A program made the position numbers and the translations under genes. The notes beneath the pieces are model-generated. The model made no database searches. It saw only the letters and a list, made by a program, of their open reading frames with translations, and was not told where the DNA came from. From Phoronis australis (lineage: Eukaryota > Animalia > Phoronida), in contig NMRA01000158.1 of NCBI GenBank assembly GCA_002633005.1, forward strand, positions 428,733-492,732: DNA of 64,000 bases, read 5' to 3'. Below are positions 1 through 13,638 of this stretch, in pieces. Every line of letters begins with the position of its first letter. Positions within the stretch are counted from its first letter, which is position 1.

Positions 1-263
1 CTACACTGTATATCTAAAGCCTGTGAACTGTTATGGCGTGACGGTAATTTGCAAAGAACTCATGCCCAAAGTTCCGAAATACAGCGCAAGGCGGAGTTAT
101 TTTAAAAGAAATGAACAACGAAGACAGTTCTCATTTGATGAAGGAACAGCAGGGTCACCTCAGCTCAGGTCACATGATCTGCGTTGTCAAACCCGGTCAC
201 TTAGATCTTATAACTTAACTTAAGCCTATTCAGATAACTTATCATGCTGAACCCCTTATCAAC

Positions 264-3200
264 ATGTCTCTGCTGTCCACAGTCAACCGCAGTAAATTCT
301 CCATAGTGCTTTTGTGTTTTCAGATACTTTTTCTCGTTCTATTCGCTATTTTCGTAGATTATGGCGAAGATGCAAGTCCGAGGAGGCATCACGATGCGTC
401 TAACGAACTGCGGGTGACTGGGTCATCCATTCAAGCAGTTATGAAGAAGCGCAACTCCCTGGCTGAGTATTATCCGAGTACGTATGCTTGTGTTAAAAGG
501 TTTCACCGTTATGGCGAAGACCAGAAGCAAGGCCGATAATTGTAGTGGATTATCTAAAAGCAACTATCACTTTGCAAATTTTGCATTTCGAATAGAGAAT
601 GTATTGTATTTAAAGTTGCATGTCGTTCTGTTTAGGCTGGCTGAAATCGAAAATGGAACTACCGTATTCGCCATAATAACCGCCCATGCCCCTATAATCG
701 CCCCCACACGTTTTCAGACTTATGCTAAAATAAGCGCCCAGCCCATGAACGTGTACGTGAGAAAAATGTGCTACCTACAGTCCTAAAATTCTATAGTAAC
801 GTCATCAATTTATCAATAATATCCGACAATCCTGAAAAAATCATTGTGTGCAGAATTTGTAGACCACGAGCCTTGCCGCTATGTCGGTATTTAGCCGTGA
901 CTATACACTTCAAACTTCTGCCATGCCTCAAAACGAACACAAAAGTTTTGCTGATCTTGCGAGGACCAATGGTCTGGCCTTTCAGAACAGACCTAGTGTA
1001 CTTGTCTACGGGATTGCTTTGAAGATATTTAACGCTTTCAACAGGAATCCAACAAATTTCTTTGTACACGTGAAAACTGCGAATCGAAGACTAGTAATAA
1101 AAAGCTTGGACAGTGTTACAAGCACGTGGCAAGGAAGCGCGTGCTTCATACATGAACCTGTTATCAAAGACATTACACCGAAAAATAACTGTCACGTACG
1201 CATCCAGACACACGGCGACTAATATGGGCCTTACCGAGACAAATGTCGAATGTTTTTAGCACATGAGACCGCCAAGTGCTGAATGAAACACGCTCTGGTT
1301 TAGGCCTACTGCTTGTGCAAATTTCTTTAGATACAATGAACATCTAGTAGCTCGTTAGATTGCGTGGCTCTGGCCAAAAGACGGTCTCTGGTGACACCGA
1401 CGCATGCGCTCGCTTACTCAGCGCAGTCGAACTTCAAAACAAACGTCACGTGACAACAACATGTGTGTTCGTCCAGAAATATTTCTCATGTTGCTGATCA
1501 TGCATGTACAGGTAGATGGCACAATGTAGCACAGATTGTACTTAAACCTGCCGTTAATCCCGACTCCACGGGAACTTAAAAATCTTAGGGGCGCTACTTG
1601 GAAAACTTCAGGAGGATTTCAGGTGATTTGCTTGCTGTATTTTTATTCAAGAATTCAATTCACCATATCGACGATTGCGAAGCAGTCAGTCGGCGAGTTT
1701 TCGCCCTGGGATTTCAGCAGTTTTCTGAAAAATGATGGCCGCAATGCACCACAATTTTGTAGTAAGTCTTTCATAGATTGCAGATACGTCACAGAGCGTA
1801 AACGTGATGAATCTTAGTTTCCGATTTCACACGTTGGAGACCGGCTTTCAACAGCCTTGGGTTATAATAAGCTCCCCCCCTGAAACGAACTTTTCTAAGC
1901 GCCCTGGGCGGTTATTGCAGTGAATACGGTAGGCATTTTACTCCCATAAAGTCTGTCTTGTAATGTTTATTTACCGTGATAGGAGTCAAAAGCCGTTACC
2001 AAACACAACATGGAAACCGTCAGCGTCCCAAGAAATAGCTGCAGAGTTTACTGCGAATTCGAAAATGGAGCATGAGAACACTTTGCCTGTACTTGGAGTC
2101 GGAAATGGCTGGAATCCTATCACGCTCATCACCACAATGGGTACCGGGTATTTTGAGACCGATTTTGTGAGAGTAAAGGCCTTATTCGGTTTTCGTTTTT
2201 AGCCAGCTAAACAGGGCGACGTGTTACTTTAAATAGTGCACGCAAGACACTCGTGCAGATCTCTTTAATATTCCAGATGTCCAAGTTGTTCCGGGTTCGT
2301 CCAACGCGATGACCCTTCATAATGATTGACACTTTTGACAGTGTTTCAGGACGTGCACGTGATGATCTACATCGGTTTCGGCTTCTTGATGACCTTTCTG
2401 AAAAAGTATGGCTATGGTGCAGCCGCCATCAACATGTTGATTGCTGCCTTCGCCGTGCAGTGGCGCATTCTCTTGGGTGGATTCTTATCATTGGATGGAG
2501 GGAAAATACACATTTCTGTAGTAACGTAAGCTGACATTAAAATCAATTCTGTTAAAATTAACTTGAACTTGAAGAACCCAAATAAAAATGTAAACTCAAG
2601 CACGAATGTTAATTCCTGTCAGTGGTGCCAGGCATTTTTAAAAAATTCTGCATCTACGGCTGTAGTCGAGATTAGCATATGCTCTAATGGTGCCTCAATC
2701 TAAGAAAAATGGAGCTTCGATTTTGTTGCCATGCAAATTCCATGACAACGTCATGCAATATGCAGTGTCTCGATCGAAAATTTCCGTGTATTTTTCAACA
2801 ACCTGATACCCAGTCGTGTTATTGAACAACCCATTGTAATGTCGCATTGGTGTCAAACAATTTATTGGATTTACTTTTAGTTTGCTGACCGCCGAGTTTG
2901 CAGCCGCAGCCATCTTAATTTCTTTTGGTGCTGTTCTTGGAAAACTAAGTCCGCTGCAGTTGGTTATAATGTCTTTTCTTGAAATCATCGTCTTCGTCGT
3001 CAATGAATTCATCGGCGTGGAGATGCTCAAGGTATGTGCACTTTCAGATGTTAAGTTATTTTGTTGTGGAAAATGTGTTTTGTGTGCAATACATGCGCGC
3101 ACCCACCCTAAAAATGGGGAGGGGGCTCGAATTTTTGAGAATGTGGACCTTTTACTAAGATTCACGGAGTACGTTCAGAGGTATGAATTGTGTATTTGCA

Positions 3201-6200
3201 GAATTTTGGTAGTTCATGCCTTTTTAGTGGACTCATTGCCTCGTTTTCTACTTTTCTCGTAGTTTTTGTTTATCTTAGGTGGACCTTTTTCCCACTTCGC
3301 CAAATTGGGGGGAGGCTCACTCGAGCCCCTGGGTGCGCCCATGCAATAATTAATTTTATTTGTCTTAATCTGATAGTGACTTGATAGAATACCAAATCCG
3401 GTTTTTGGCTTAATAGCAGATACTAAAAATGACTTTCCTATCAATTTCTCTTAAACAAAATAACTCTCTGTTACCCTCGATAACTCTCAAAAGATTTGAG
3501 GACAGTTTGAATACTCCTTCCAAAGACTGTCAAATGGGCCAGCGGGACCTACGCTTGTAACAAATTACTCGGCAACCAAGAATTATAATATCCAATATGT
3601 GACAATGGGAGTACGAGTTTTTAGTTTATTCCTGCCTTGATCTTTCAAGATTGACGTCAATGATGCATCAGCAGGTGACAGAACGAGGGTTTACCATCCT
3701 TTTACGTGAGTCATGCGGCGCCGGAAAATTGCTGTTCACAAAATTTAAATTTCGCAAATTATAGAGTTTGTTTACAGCCCCAAGAGCAAAATTTTGACCT
3801 GGAAAGTGTCCAAAACAGTCGATTGATCTCCGGAACTTAAAAAAATCGTTTTTCTTAACCCTCGGTGTTAGATGAGTATTATGATACGTACGTAGTCACA
3901 TAGTAGTCGCTTACATTAAAGGAGAATGCCACCCAAAACAACCTATTTTGTATCAATTTAGATCGAGTAGTTCTACTCGATAACGGCAGGTTCGGTTGCG
4001 TTACCTGACACCTGACGGCAGACGGAGGTGTTGAAATTATCCAATGACGTAATTGGTTTCACACGCAGTCTGTTCAGCAGTTCACAACACGGGTTAGTGG
4101 TGTCAGCTTATCGCTTGAATTCATCGTTTAACACCAATAAATCATCAAACTTCGACGTAAAACCATTAAAAATACACAGAGTTCTATATAAAAACGTGTT
4201 GTTATATTTCGCTTTTACTTATTTACTGGTACATGTATTTGGACACACCGTAGCCCGTTCGGTAGGCCAACTCAGTTACCAAGGTCCGTAGCAGGAGTTT
4301 GGGGTCTGTTCGGAGATAAATTCGAAGTATTCTTCTGTGAAATACAGACAGGAGAACCCAGANNNNNNNNNNNNNNNNNNNNNNNNNNNNNNNNNNNNNN
4401 NNNNNNNNNNNNNNNNNNNNNNNNNNNNNNNNNNNNNNNNNNNNNNNNNNNNNNNNNNNNNNNNNNNNNNNNNNNNNNNNNNNNNNNNNNNNNNNNNNNN
4501 NNNNNNNNNNNNNNNNNNNNNNNNNNNNNNNNNNNNNNNNNNNNNNNNNNNNNNNNNNNNNNNNNNNNNNNNNNNNNNNNNNNNNNNNNNNNNNNNNNNN
4601 NNNNNNNNNNNNNNNNNNNNNNNNNNNNNNNNNNNNNNNNNNNNNNNNNNNNNNNNNNNNNNNNNNNNNNNNNNNNNNNNNNNNNNNNNNNNNNNNNNNN
4701 NNNNNNNNNNNNNNNNNNNNNNNNNNNNNNNNNNNNNNNNNNNNNNNNNNNNNNNNNNNNNNNNNNNNNNNNNNNNNNNNNNNNNNNNNNNNNNNNNNNN
4801 NNNNNNNNNNNNNNNNNNNNNNNNNNNNNNNNNNNNNNNNNNNNNNNNNNNNNNNNNNNNNNNNNNNNNNNNNNNNNNNNNNNNNNNNNNNNNNNNNNNN
4901 NNNNNNNNNNNNNNNNNNNNNNNNNNNNNNNNNNNNNNNNNNNNNNNNNNNNNNNNNNNNNNNNNNNNNNNNNNNNNNNNNNNNNNNNNNNNNNNNNNNN
5001 NNNNNNNNNNNNNNNNNNNNNNNNNNNNNNNNNNNNNNNNNNNNNNNNNNNNNNNNNNNNNNNNNNNNNNNNNNNNNNNNNNNNNNNNNNNNNNNNNNNN
5101 NNNNNNNNNNNNNNNNNNNNNNNNNNNNNNNNNNNNNNNNNNNNNNNNNNNNNNNNNNNNNNNNNNNNNNNNNNNNNNNNNNNNNNNNNNNNNNNNNNNN
5201 NNNNNNNNNNNNNNNNNNNNNNNNNNNNNNNNNNNNNNNNNNNNNNNNNNNNNNNNNNATTAATTTTATTTGTCTTAATCTGATAGTGACTTGATAGAAT
5301 ACCAAATCCGGTTTTTGGCTTAATAGCAGATACTAAAAATGACTTTCCTATCAATTTCTCTTCAACAAAATAACGCTCTGTTACCCTCGATAACTCTCAA
5401 AAGATTTGAGGACAGTTTGAATACTCCTTCCAAAGACTGTCAAATGGGCAAGCGGGACCTACGCTTGTAACAAATTACTCGGCAACCAAGAATTACAATA
5501 TCCAATAGGTGACAATGGGAGTACGAGTTTTTAGTTGATTCCTGCCTTGATCTTTCAAGATTGACGTCAATGATACATCAGCAGGTGACAGAACGAGGGT
5601 TTACCATCCCTTTACGTGAGTCATGCGGCGCCGGAACATTGCTGTTCGCAAAATTTAAATTTCGCAAATTATAGTGTTTGTTTACAGCCCCAAGAGCAAA
5701 ATTTTAAAATAGGACAACTGGAAAGTGTCCAAAACAGTCGATTGGTCTCCGGAATTAAAAAAATCGTTTCTCGTAACCCTCGGTGTTAGATGAGTATTAT
5801 GATACATACGTAATCACATAGTAGTCGCTTACATTAAAGGAGAATGCCACCTAAAATAACCTATTTTGTTTCAATTTAGATAGAGTAGTTCTACTCGATA
5901 ACGGCAGGTTCGGTTGCGTTACCTGACACCTGACGGCAGACGGAGGTGTTGAAATTATCCAATGACGTAATTGGTTTCACACGCAGTCTGTTCAGAAGTT
6001 CACAACACGGGTTAGTGGTGTCAGCTTATCGCTTGAATTCATCGTTTAACACCAATAAATCATCAAACTTCGACGTAAAACAATTAAAAATACACAGAGT
6101 TCTTTATAAAAACGTGTTGTTATATTTCGCTTTTACTTATTTACTGGTACATGTATTTGGACACACCGTAGCCCGTTCGGCAGGCCAACTCAGTTACCAA

Positions 6201-9200
6201 GGTCCGTAGCAGGAGTTTGGGGTCTGTTCGGAGATAAATTCGAAGTATTCTTCTGTGAAATACAGACAGGAGAACCCAGACCTGTGTTGTTTATACTTGT
6301 GATTTTTTTAGTTCTAAACACACAAAACGCTTGACTTGTTATCCCGGGCAGTGGCTTGGAACCCGATCAGGTCCCGGCCGTCGCGGCCGCCGGGACTGGC
6401 ACGAACATAAACCAGCTTGAGTTGGGAACTAAACCTCCAGTCACGAAAAGACTATAACAGTGACCCAAAGAAATAATGTGCACGCAATTATTTATGTGAA
6501 TTAGCTACGAAACTGAAAATCTACTAACTTGTCGGAGGCCACCACGAAGTCGGGTTCCATTTCCTCAGACCGTCAGGGCACTGAAGGTTGTACAGTAACA
6601 ATGAATGAATAATGTAGTTGTATTTCTAAATAAAGATTCCCCTAACATGTGACCATAGCATATAAAATCGAGCAATTGTTTCACAACAGCTTTGTGTCAG
6701 CAAACACTAAATTAGCATGCGCTCACACGGCTTCGGTGCCCGGTCAACTACCTTTGTTGCCGGCATCCCAAAAGCCGGTAACGCAGTGGTTTATTCATTG
6801 CTGGCTTCTCAAAACATTTGCAATCACGAGCACACAAGGCATTACAAATTGTATCTAATGAGACAAGCTTGGTTTTACTTTCATATAAGCATCGGTTAGG
6901 ATCATTTTAGGATGAGAATAATTGATTTTGAAACAGAACGCAGAATAATAAACGTCTACATGGCAACTCGCCCGGCGCCAATCCCGACTTAGTCAAGACG
7001 AAGACTCACGGGTCGGGTCGTTAGGTTTCACAGTCTATTAGTTCGAACCGGAATACACTGATCAAGAATACTAGAGAGGCGCCGTGAATATGCATAGGCA
7101 ACGGAACGTATGGATAGTTTTTTGGTAAGCCGGAATTCGTCAAAGAAATCACTGTGGACCGTTGCCGGCCACAGACACGGAGATGTTTCACAGCCTCATA
7201 CTTGCTATGAATAGCATACCTTTCACTATCTTCACTACCGCGAGCCACTTCCTAAGCATTTCGGGCTCTCAAGGAAGTCGAAAAAAACGATATACCCGCT
7301 TTCTTCGCAGCTTCATATTTCGGACAAGCGGGAACGATGCACCGCAATATAGCAGAGACGAACCACTGACGTCGCTGCGTCGCTTCTCACCTTCCTCACA
7401 CGTTACGCGACACCTCTCGGCAAGATGAGTTCGACTTATAAGAGGCGATGTGGATATAGACCGATTAAGACGGTAAAAAGACTAATTAAATCGGGTGGCA
7501 TTCTCCTTTAACAAGTAGAAATAAAACTCAAACTCGGTCCATTGTTGAAGAATTGTGACTGTAAAGTTGATTAGGATACTTAACATTATTTGCTTTGAGA
7601 AGTATGATAGCGTTGGATAAGTCCGATGAAACAATGCCTAGAAAGGGGACACGTACTCAGAGTGCTTGAGTTTATTCTGATTATAAATAGTATATTGTTA
7701 ATAGTATATTGTTATTTTTCTCAGCAGGATGAGCTGTGCGACCGGCAGCAAACAGTGCTTTAACATCCCTTCTCAGAGCGATATTTTTGTAATGTGCATT
7801 TTTGTCTAATCTGTAAGCCTAGAAGATTCCGAATGGACTATTTTCAATTGCGTTTTTAGCTGAAATGGCAACGTGCTGAAAAATCATGTTTTACGTATAT
7901 CATTTGCAGTAGTAATCTTTTCAATTAACAACTCGTTGATAAAAACGTATCATGTTTTCACACACTCGCTGATCTGGGCTATCGAAAAGGGAAGCCCAAC
8001 TACTGTTTTCCAAATAAAAATTTTAGTGGGCGCGTGTCCGCTGCCCCCATCCTTAATCCACTTATAAAGGGGTTAAACAATTAGAGGGCCTATTTTTTAA
8101 ACATCAAGTTCAAAGGTTGTGAATGCTTTTCAATTCGCAGGCCGTTGACATAGGCGGATCCATGTTTGTCCACGTGTTCGGCGCTTATTTCGGCTTGGCA
8201 GTGGCGCGCGTTCTGTATGCCGATGACGTAGAGAAATCGTCGAAAGAGGGCTCTGACTACCGATCAGATTTATTCTCAATCATAGGTAAGTTGATGACGT
8301 CATGTTCTGAAGTCTACGTAGACTTGTTTCAACACAACTAGTTGAAAAATGAGCAGCATTTTGCAACAACCACAGTTTGTGTCACATGTCACGCTATCAC
8401 TGGTCGGGGTGTTGGCAATTCTACTAGCGACAGAAAGCGACGCCTCCTCCGTATTTTTGAACAATTATAACGAGCAAATATTCTCAGTGAAAGCAGCTTT
8501 CGCCTATGTGCTCATGAAGATATATTACCGGTTGCTATGGCTACATTTTTAGCATTAGTTTAAACGCCTTCATCATAAAAATGTGTATTTCCACAGCCAT
8601 GAGTGTAGATTATCATCGTATTGGATACTTAGATGAAAATGAAAGTAGCAAACTTTTGAGTACTGCAGTTTGGCAGAAACCCTTTCTTTCACTGACAAAG
8701 GCTAAAATCATTAAACTCGTCGAATGCATGGTCTACAAATGCACATAGAGTACGCCAAGCGACTTATAAGGAGCCCAGAAAAATTGCAATGTAATTTAGA
8801 TAGAGTCTTGTTATTTTGTCAAGCTGACTACAAAACAAGACAGTTCAATGTGTTCTGCCTTTTACCTGGGAATCAGTGATTTGGTTTCCTAGTAAGCCTA
8901 TTGAACGCAAAATGCAAACAAATGAAAGACGTGTGCAACTTTAAGTTTGATGTTCATTCAAGACGGAGTTGTCGAGCAAGCTTAAGAAGTGAGTCGATCG
9001 CAGTCCGTGCAAAGCACACTCGAACTATCTAATATAACATCGCCAAGGATTTCTAAGCAGGTAATTTTGCGGTCGTGCCTCTGCAAAATTATCACACACG
9101 AGTAATTTGTCGTTTTAAAAATTCACTGTATCATATCGCACTTCACAACAGGTTTTCTGCTTTTTACGTACTTTCATATCATAATGACGTGTGGCATGTG

Positions 9201-12200
9201 ACCACCTATTTGATCTTCAGGTACACTATTTGATCTTCAGGTACACTATTTGATCTTCAGGTACACTATTTGATCTTCAGGTACACTATTTCTCTGGTTG
9301 TTCTGGCCCAGTTTCAACGCTGCTCTTGCTCCGGGAGACGCCCAGCATCGCGCCGTCATCAACACGTACTTTGCGCTTGCCTCCTGCTCTCTTGTAGCAT
9401 TCGCAGCGTCGTCGATGGTGGATAAACGAGGGAAATTCAACATGGTAGGTTTTGTTGGATCGTTGCCCTGGCAACACAAAAATATCCAATGGCCCGTTGC
9501 CCGCCCACGTCTTCGGGTTTCCGGTTAATGCCACCAGTTTAGATGGTAAAGAACTAATTTCACCGTCACTCAGGCTTAGTTAATACCGCGGTAGGTCCAC
9601 CTTTAGTTGTAATGCCTGTTTTCTCAAGGAGACTCATAAAGTGCAAACGAGCTCAAGAGATATTTGCAAGGCCTCTCCAATAATGGAGGACTAGGCGCAT
9701 ACGCTATGGCAGCTCTCTGCCCGGCTTTGGCGCCTCTGACATATACAATGATTTTGGCTCGATAGACAACTGCATGCAGTGTGAACAAAAGTCACATCCA
9801 CGACGTGATTAGGCGGAGTGTGCTCACGGTAGCAGCCTGTGTTGTGAAATATCACGCTTTAAAGTTGGCAACGCAAACATAAAAAACAGATGCGTGACGT
9901 CATATGAGTCGCAGAATTGTTGAGAAGACTTACACATTTCAAAACTTGGTTTTCTATTTTTAGGTGCACATTCAAAATGCGACCTTAGCAGGCGGTGTAG
10001 CTGTCGGGACCAGTGCAGATCTGATGATACATCCCTGGGGTGCCATTCTTATTGGCTGTTTAGCCGGAAGTTTGTCCGTGGTTGGTTTTCGATTTTTGCA
10101 GGTCAGTGCACGCGTAAACTGACTTCTCTCATGTTTCTGAAATGTGGCAACCCGCCTTTGTGAATTCGTATTCCTCATGATACGTAAAATCTAGAAAGAA
10201 AGTGAAAGAACTGAAACAAATTTGGTTTTATAATGTAATTAATCTCTTCATGATCATCAGAGACAAGGTTTTATACCGTACGGATAGCTCTGGAGAAAAG
10301 TGTGCAAATGCATCAAAGGTCACGGAGTGTCCCCTTTGCCTGACGAGCTCGCAGTGGGCACCGTCATTTCTTATAAGAGTCTTCCTGATATCATGATTTA
10401 AAATTCAATATCATCTGTACTTTCAGTAAACATTGTGGTTAAATATTGATACATAAGCATAATATCATGAAGTGAAAATAAGGAAATTCGAAATTGCGAC
10501 GGGACTAAATCTTTGATGACAAATTCAATGACGGTCCCATGGACGGTACGTTCACCGAACAGAGTCCAATTCATGTTCATTCTAATGTTCAGTACAGTTG
10601 TCCACTCTGTCGTACTTACAACAATGCTTGTGGTTCAATCGTGATATTATAAAGTGAGGGTATTTAACTGGTCAATATTTTTCCACCCTCGCATGACATT
10701 AGTTTTTCACCATTTTACAGCCGGTTTTACTAAAGAAATTCAAATTCCACGATACATGCGGAGTGAACAACCTTCACGGGATGCCGGGCATTTTGGGTGG
10801 ACTCGCAGGAGCTATCGTTGTCGCTATGGCAACAACGGACACCTACAATTCAAGGTAACGACAAATCAATTTTATTCTCAAACTCCAGTGCTGAGATCAA
10901 ATTGTTCTAAATTGAAATTCCCTTCATTAAAATTAAGACCTTCACAACATCACGTTCGAAATAAATTAGCCTATTTAGCTCAGTCTTGAGTTTTCACACA
11001 ACATTTATACCAAACCCAATGCTTTTCGTTCGCGACATACAACTTGCCGCATTTTAGAGCAGCAGAGCACACCGGTCAACTCTGATGCTCACGTGACCTA
11101 AGTGCAGAGGAATACAACTACGCAATAGGAGTAAATCTAAAAATGTTTAATTTTATCATTTCCAAAAATCCATCCAACTTATCTTTATTTTTTGAGTAAT
11201 TGTCTTATCTAATTCGGTACTCTCATTCCAGTTTTGTTTCTAACATTTCGTATTGCCATCTCTTACAGCTTGTATGAAATAATTCCGGCAATGAGTCCAG
11301 CCTTAAACTCATCACAGCTTTCAAACGCCACTAGCCATGATTCACTGGGACTGGGACGGTCCCCCGCCGTGCAGGCGGGGTATCAGGTTATAGCGCTGGC
11401 TGTTACTATAGCAACCGCAGGTGTTGGTGGGCTTCTTACAGGTGAGCACTGTTGAAAGTGGAAGTGTGGTCATCCTTCAGTTTCACTGAGAAGGCGAAAG
11501 CTACTCCAGGCGCCNAAATCTAAAAATGTTTAATTTCATCATTTCCAAAAATCCATCCAACTTATCTTTATTTTTTGAATAATTGTCGTATCTAATTCGG
11601 TACTCTCATTCCAGTTTTGTTTCTAACATTTCATATTGCCATCTCTTACAGCTTGTATGAAATAATTCCTGCAATGAGTCCAGCCTTAAACTCATCACAG
11701 CTTTCAAACGCCACTAGCCATGATTCACTGGGACTGGGACGGTCCCCCGCCGTGCAGGCGGGATATCAGGTTATAGCGCTGGCTGTTACTATAGCAACCG
11801 CAGGTGTTGGTGGGCTTCTTACAGGTGAGCGCTGTTGAAAGTGGAAGTGTGGTCATCCTTCAGTTTCACTGAGAAGGCGAAAGCTACTCCAGGCGCCCAC
11901 CTTCGGGCGACGCTTAGCCTGAAAATCTGTTTGTGTTGTACATGTACCTACCGCCACACCAGTATGAACGCACCCAGCCTAAAATATAGAGGGGCTCGAC
12001 TTCATCGGTATGCGTACCTTTTACTGAAAGAAACCCACGAGGACTAAAAAACGGGGCCGTGAATTTTGTGGACTTTTCTCTCGTTTACTCGGACTTTTTG
12101 TTTCACTGAGGCGGATGTTTTTACTCAATTCGCCAAATTAGGGGGCTCGTTCGAGCGCCCCGAGCCCCCCCCGTTAGTGCCCTTGACCAGATTGTGTTTT

Positions 12201-12443
12201 TGCCTAAACATCCCACTTTTGTCAAAGCTTTATCACTTATTTCTATACCAGGAACTACATGTTCAACTATAACAAAGTGCTTTCGACAACTTCACATCGT
12301 CTTCTGCAGGTCTAGTGCTGCGATTACCGTTCTTGGACCAACCAACAGGAACTTCGCTCTTTGATGACGTGGAGTTTTGGGAGCTTCCGGAACAAGATCT
12401 TGAAACCAAATATTCCAAAGTTGCAATGGTAGAGATATCTTAA
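264..12443 (+). CDS. Rh-family (Rh50/RhAG-RhBG-RhCG-like) ammonium transporter, 9 coding exons
   Basis: Exons with GT-AG borders and compatible phases: 264-477, 2342-2525, 2881-3031, 8141-8285, 9281-9444, 9964-10101, 10721-10854, 11269-11441 (duplicate copy 11652-11824), 12310-12443 (TAA). Rh hallmark motifs: [102 protein letters not shown]. Both pore histidines are present. Confidence 0.95.
662..1929. mobile_element. Non-autonomous TIR element with TA target duplication (Tc1/mariner/pogo-like) in Rh intron 1
   Basis: Left end TA|CCGTATTCGCCATAATAACCGCCCA; the reverse complement of the right end reads TA|CCGTATTCACTGCAATAACCGCCCA. No recognisable transposase ORF. Confidence 0.7.
3092..3343. 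mobile_element. ~250-bp MITE with CATG ends and 5-bp target duplication (related copies near 39026 and 44076-44322)
   Basis: CATGCGCGCACCCA...TGGGTGCGCCCATG inverted ends flanked by CAATA/CAATA. The internal motif GTGGACC..TTACTAAGATTCACGG.GTACGT recurs at about 44120-44152. Confidence 0.65.
3348..6280. repeat. ~1-kb near-identical duplication either side of an N gap (3348-4361 vs 5259-6280); probable uncollapsed haplotypes
   Basis: Sequence after the gap restarts with the sequence seen at about 3348 and differs only by scattered SNPs and small indels. Confidence 0.85.
5838..7507 (-). mobile_element. Kolobok-like non-autonomous DNA transposon with degenerate THAP domain (copy 1)
   Basis: TTAA|AGGAGAATGCCACC ... 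GGTGGCATTCTCCT|TTAA. TTAA target duplication with purine-purine termini is the Kolobok signature. Minus strand about 7350-7160 reads [38 protein letters not shown]...KHLRVCG (THAP-like). Confidence 0.8.
9206..9291 (+). repeat. 20-bp tandem repeat (about 4 copies) spanning the Rh exon 5 splice acceptor
   Basis: Unit GTACACTATTTGATCTTCAG, with AG at 9219-9220, 9239-9240, 9259-9260 and 9279-9280. Confidence 0.95.
11133..11897. repeat. 382-bp tandem duplication containing Rh exon 8, joined by a single N; probable assembly artefact
   Basis: 11133-11514 is approximately equal to 11516-11897, with N at 11515. The exon-encoded peptide is identical in both copies. Confidence 0.85.
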
Positions 12444-12645
12444 TGGCCAGAACCTGAGAAATGAATCATTACAAGGCGACAGTCAGGGGTATGGGACATA
12501 GTGGCGTGTTTCATGGTATTCGAGAATTTTATTTTCCCCAAAGTGCCCTTGAATGACTGTGTATGTGTCCTCACTTGGTACGTTTGATGGTTATAATGGT
12601 TCATACATTTCTGGGTACATTTTGGTTTGCACGACCGGGTAAATC

Positions 12646-12651
12646 AATAAA
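12646..12651 (+). terminator. Candidate polyadenylation signal of the Rh gene
   Basis: AATAAA about 200 nt downstream of the stop codon at 12441-12443. Confidence 0.4.
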
Positions 12652-13638
12652 AAACACTCTCTCACAGGCTGCAGATATTGATATTTTAGATAAATTTTAA
12701 TCATAAAATCACACACACACAAGTTACAAATGAAGCTGTACATATCTTTCCTTTTTTCATGTTTAAGTTTCCTAAAATCAGACTTCTCAGTTATTGAAAA
12801 ATTCTCTATTGTGCAACTAATATAAAAAAATTCCAAGTAATGCATTTATAGGAAAATAAAACTTGGATTTGTAGATACACAAATATTGAATTATTGACAG
12901 TATAATTGTTAATACATCGGTTGTTCAGGTCACTCCAGCATTTTGGCTCATGAGTTCATAATTCGTGTCAACTCTTATCTCACTCAGATACAGTTAGGGC
13001 TTTGAAAGAACTGTACACCTCATTAGAAACCTCAATAGTTCCATCTTAAGTCATACATCAAAAATAACACCTAACGAATGAATTAAAAAGGTGCTTCTTT
13101 TTACACATCAGTTTGATCTTTTTTAACCATTTTTTGAGTTATAACTCTAGCGCCATTCTGCGGCCAGCCGCTGCAAGTCTTTGGTCAACATATATGATGA
13201 CACTTATCCTAGTCTGATCACATTGGCCCTTAATTTGCCGTGTCCTTAACAAACTCAACTGATTCAAAGTATTCCCATTCCCACGCGCAACTAAAGTGTG
13301 AAGACTTTCTGGATATACATCTTGCTTGAAAAGGCGTTTAAAATATTTACACAACAACACCCCGCTTTGCTTTCTAAATAATCTCATTTGCTGTCAGAAG
13401 CGAAACAACAAAACACTTGGAAGTTCTCATCCTCCAAATCTCTTAGGAAACATTTTGCACAGCTACAATTACTAAATCTTTGGGCATCCACGTTACTGAA
13501 ACCATCAATTAAAATCGAACAAATGGCAAGTTTTAGATAAGGAACATTTTCCATTATAGAGCCACGTGCTTACGTTCGGATAAGGTACGTGGCCGTCTTT
13601 TATATCTGTGGAGTACCAACGCCATATCCATGATTCAG

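Noticed and set aside
4223-5354. Long ORFs of 308-360 aa
   Set aside because: They consist almost entirely of N-gap translation.
11133-11897. Duplicated Rh exon 8 as mutually exclusive exons
   Set aside because: The copies encode the same peptide, have near-identical intron flanks and are joined by a single N, which is typical of haplotype overlap at a contig join.
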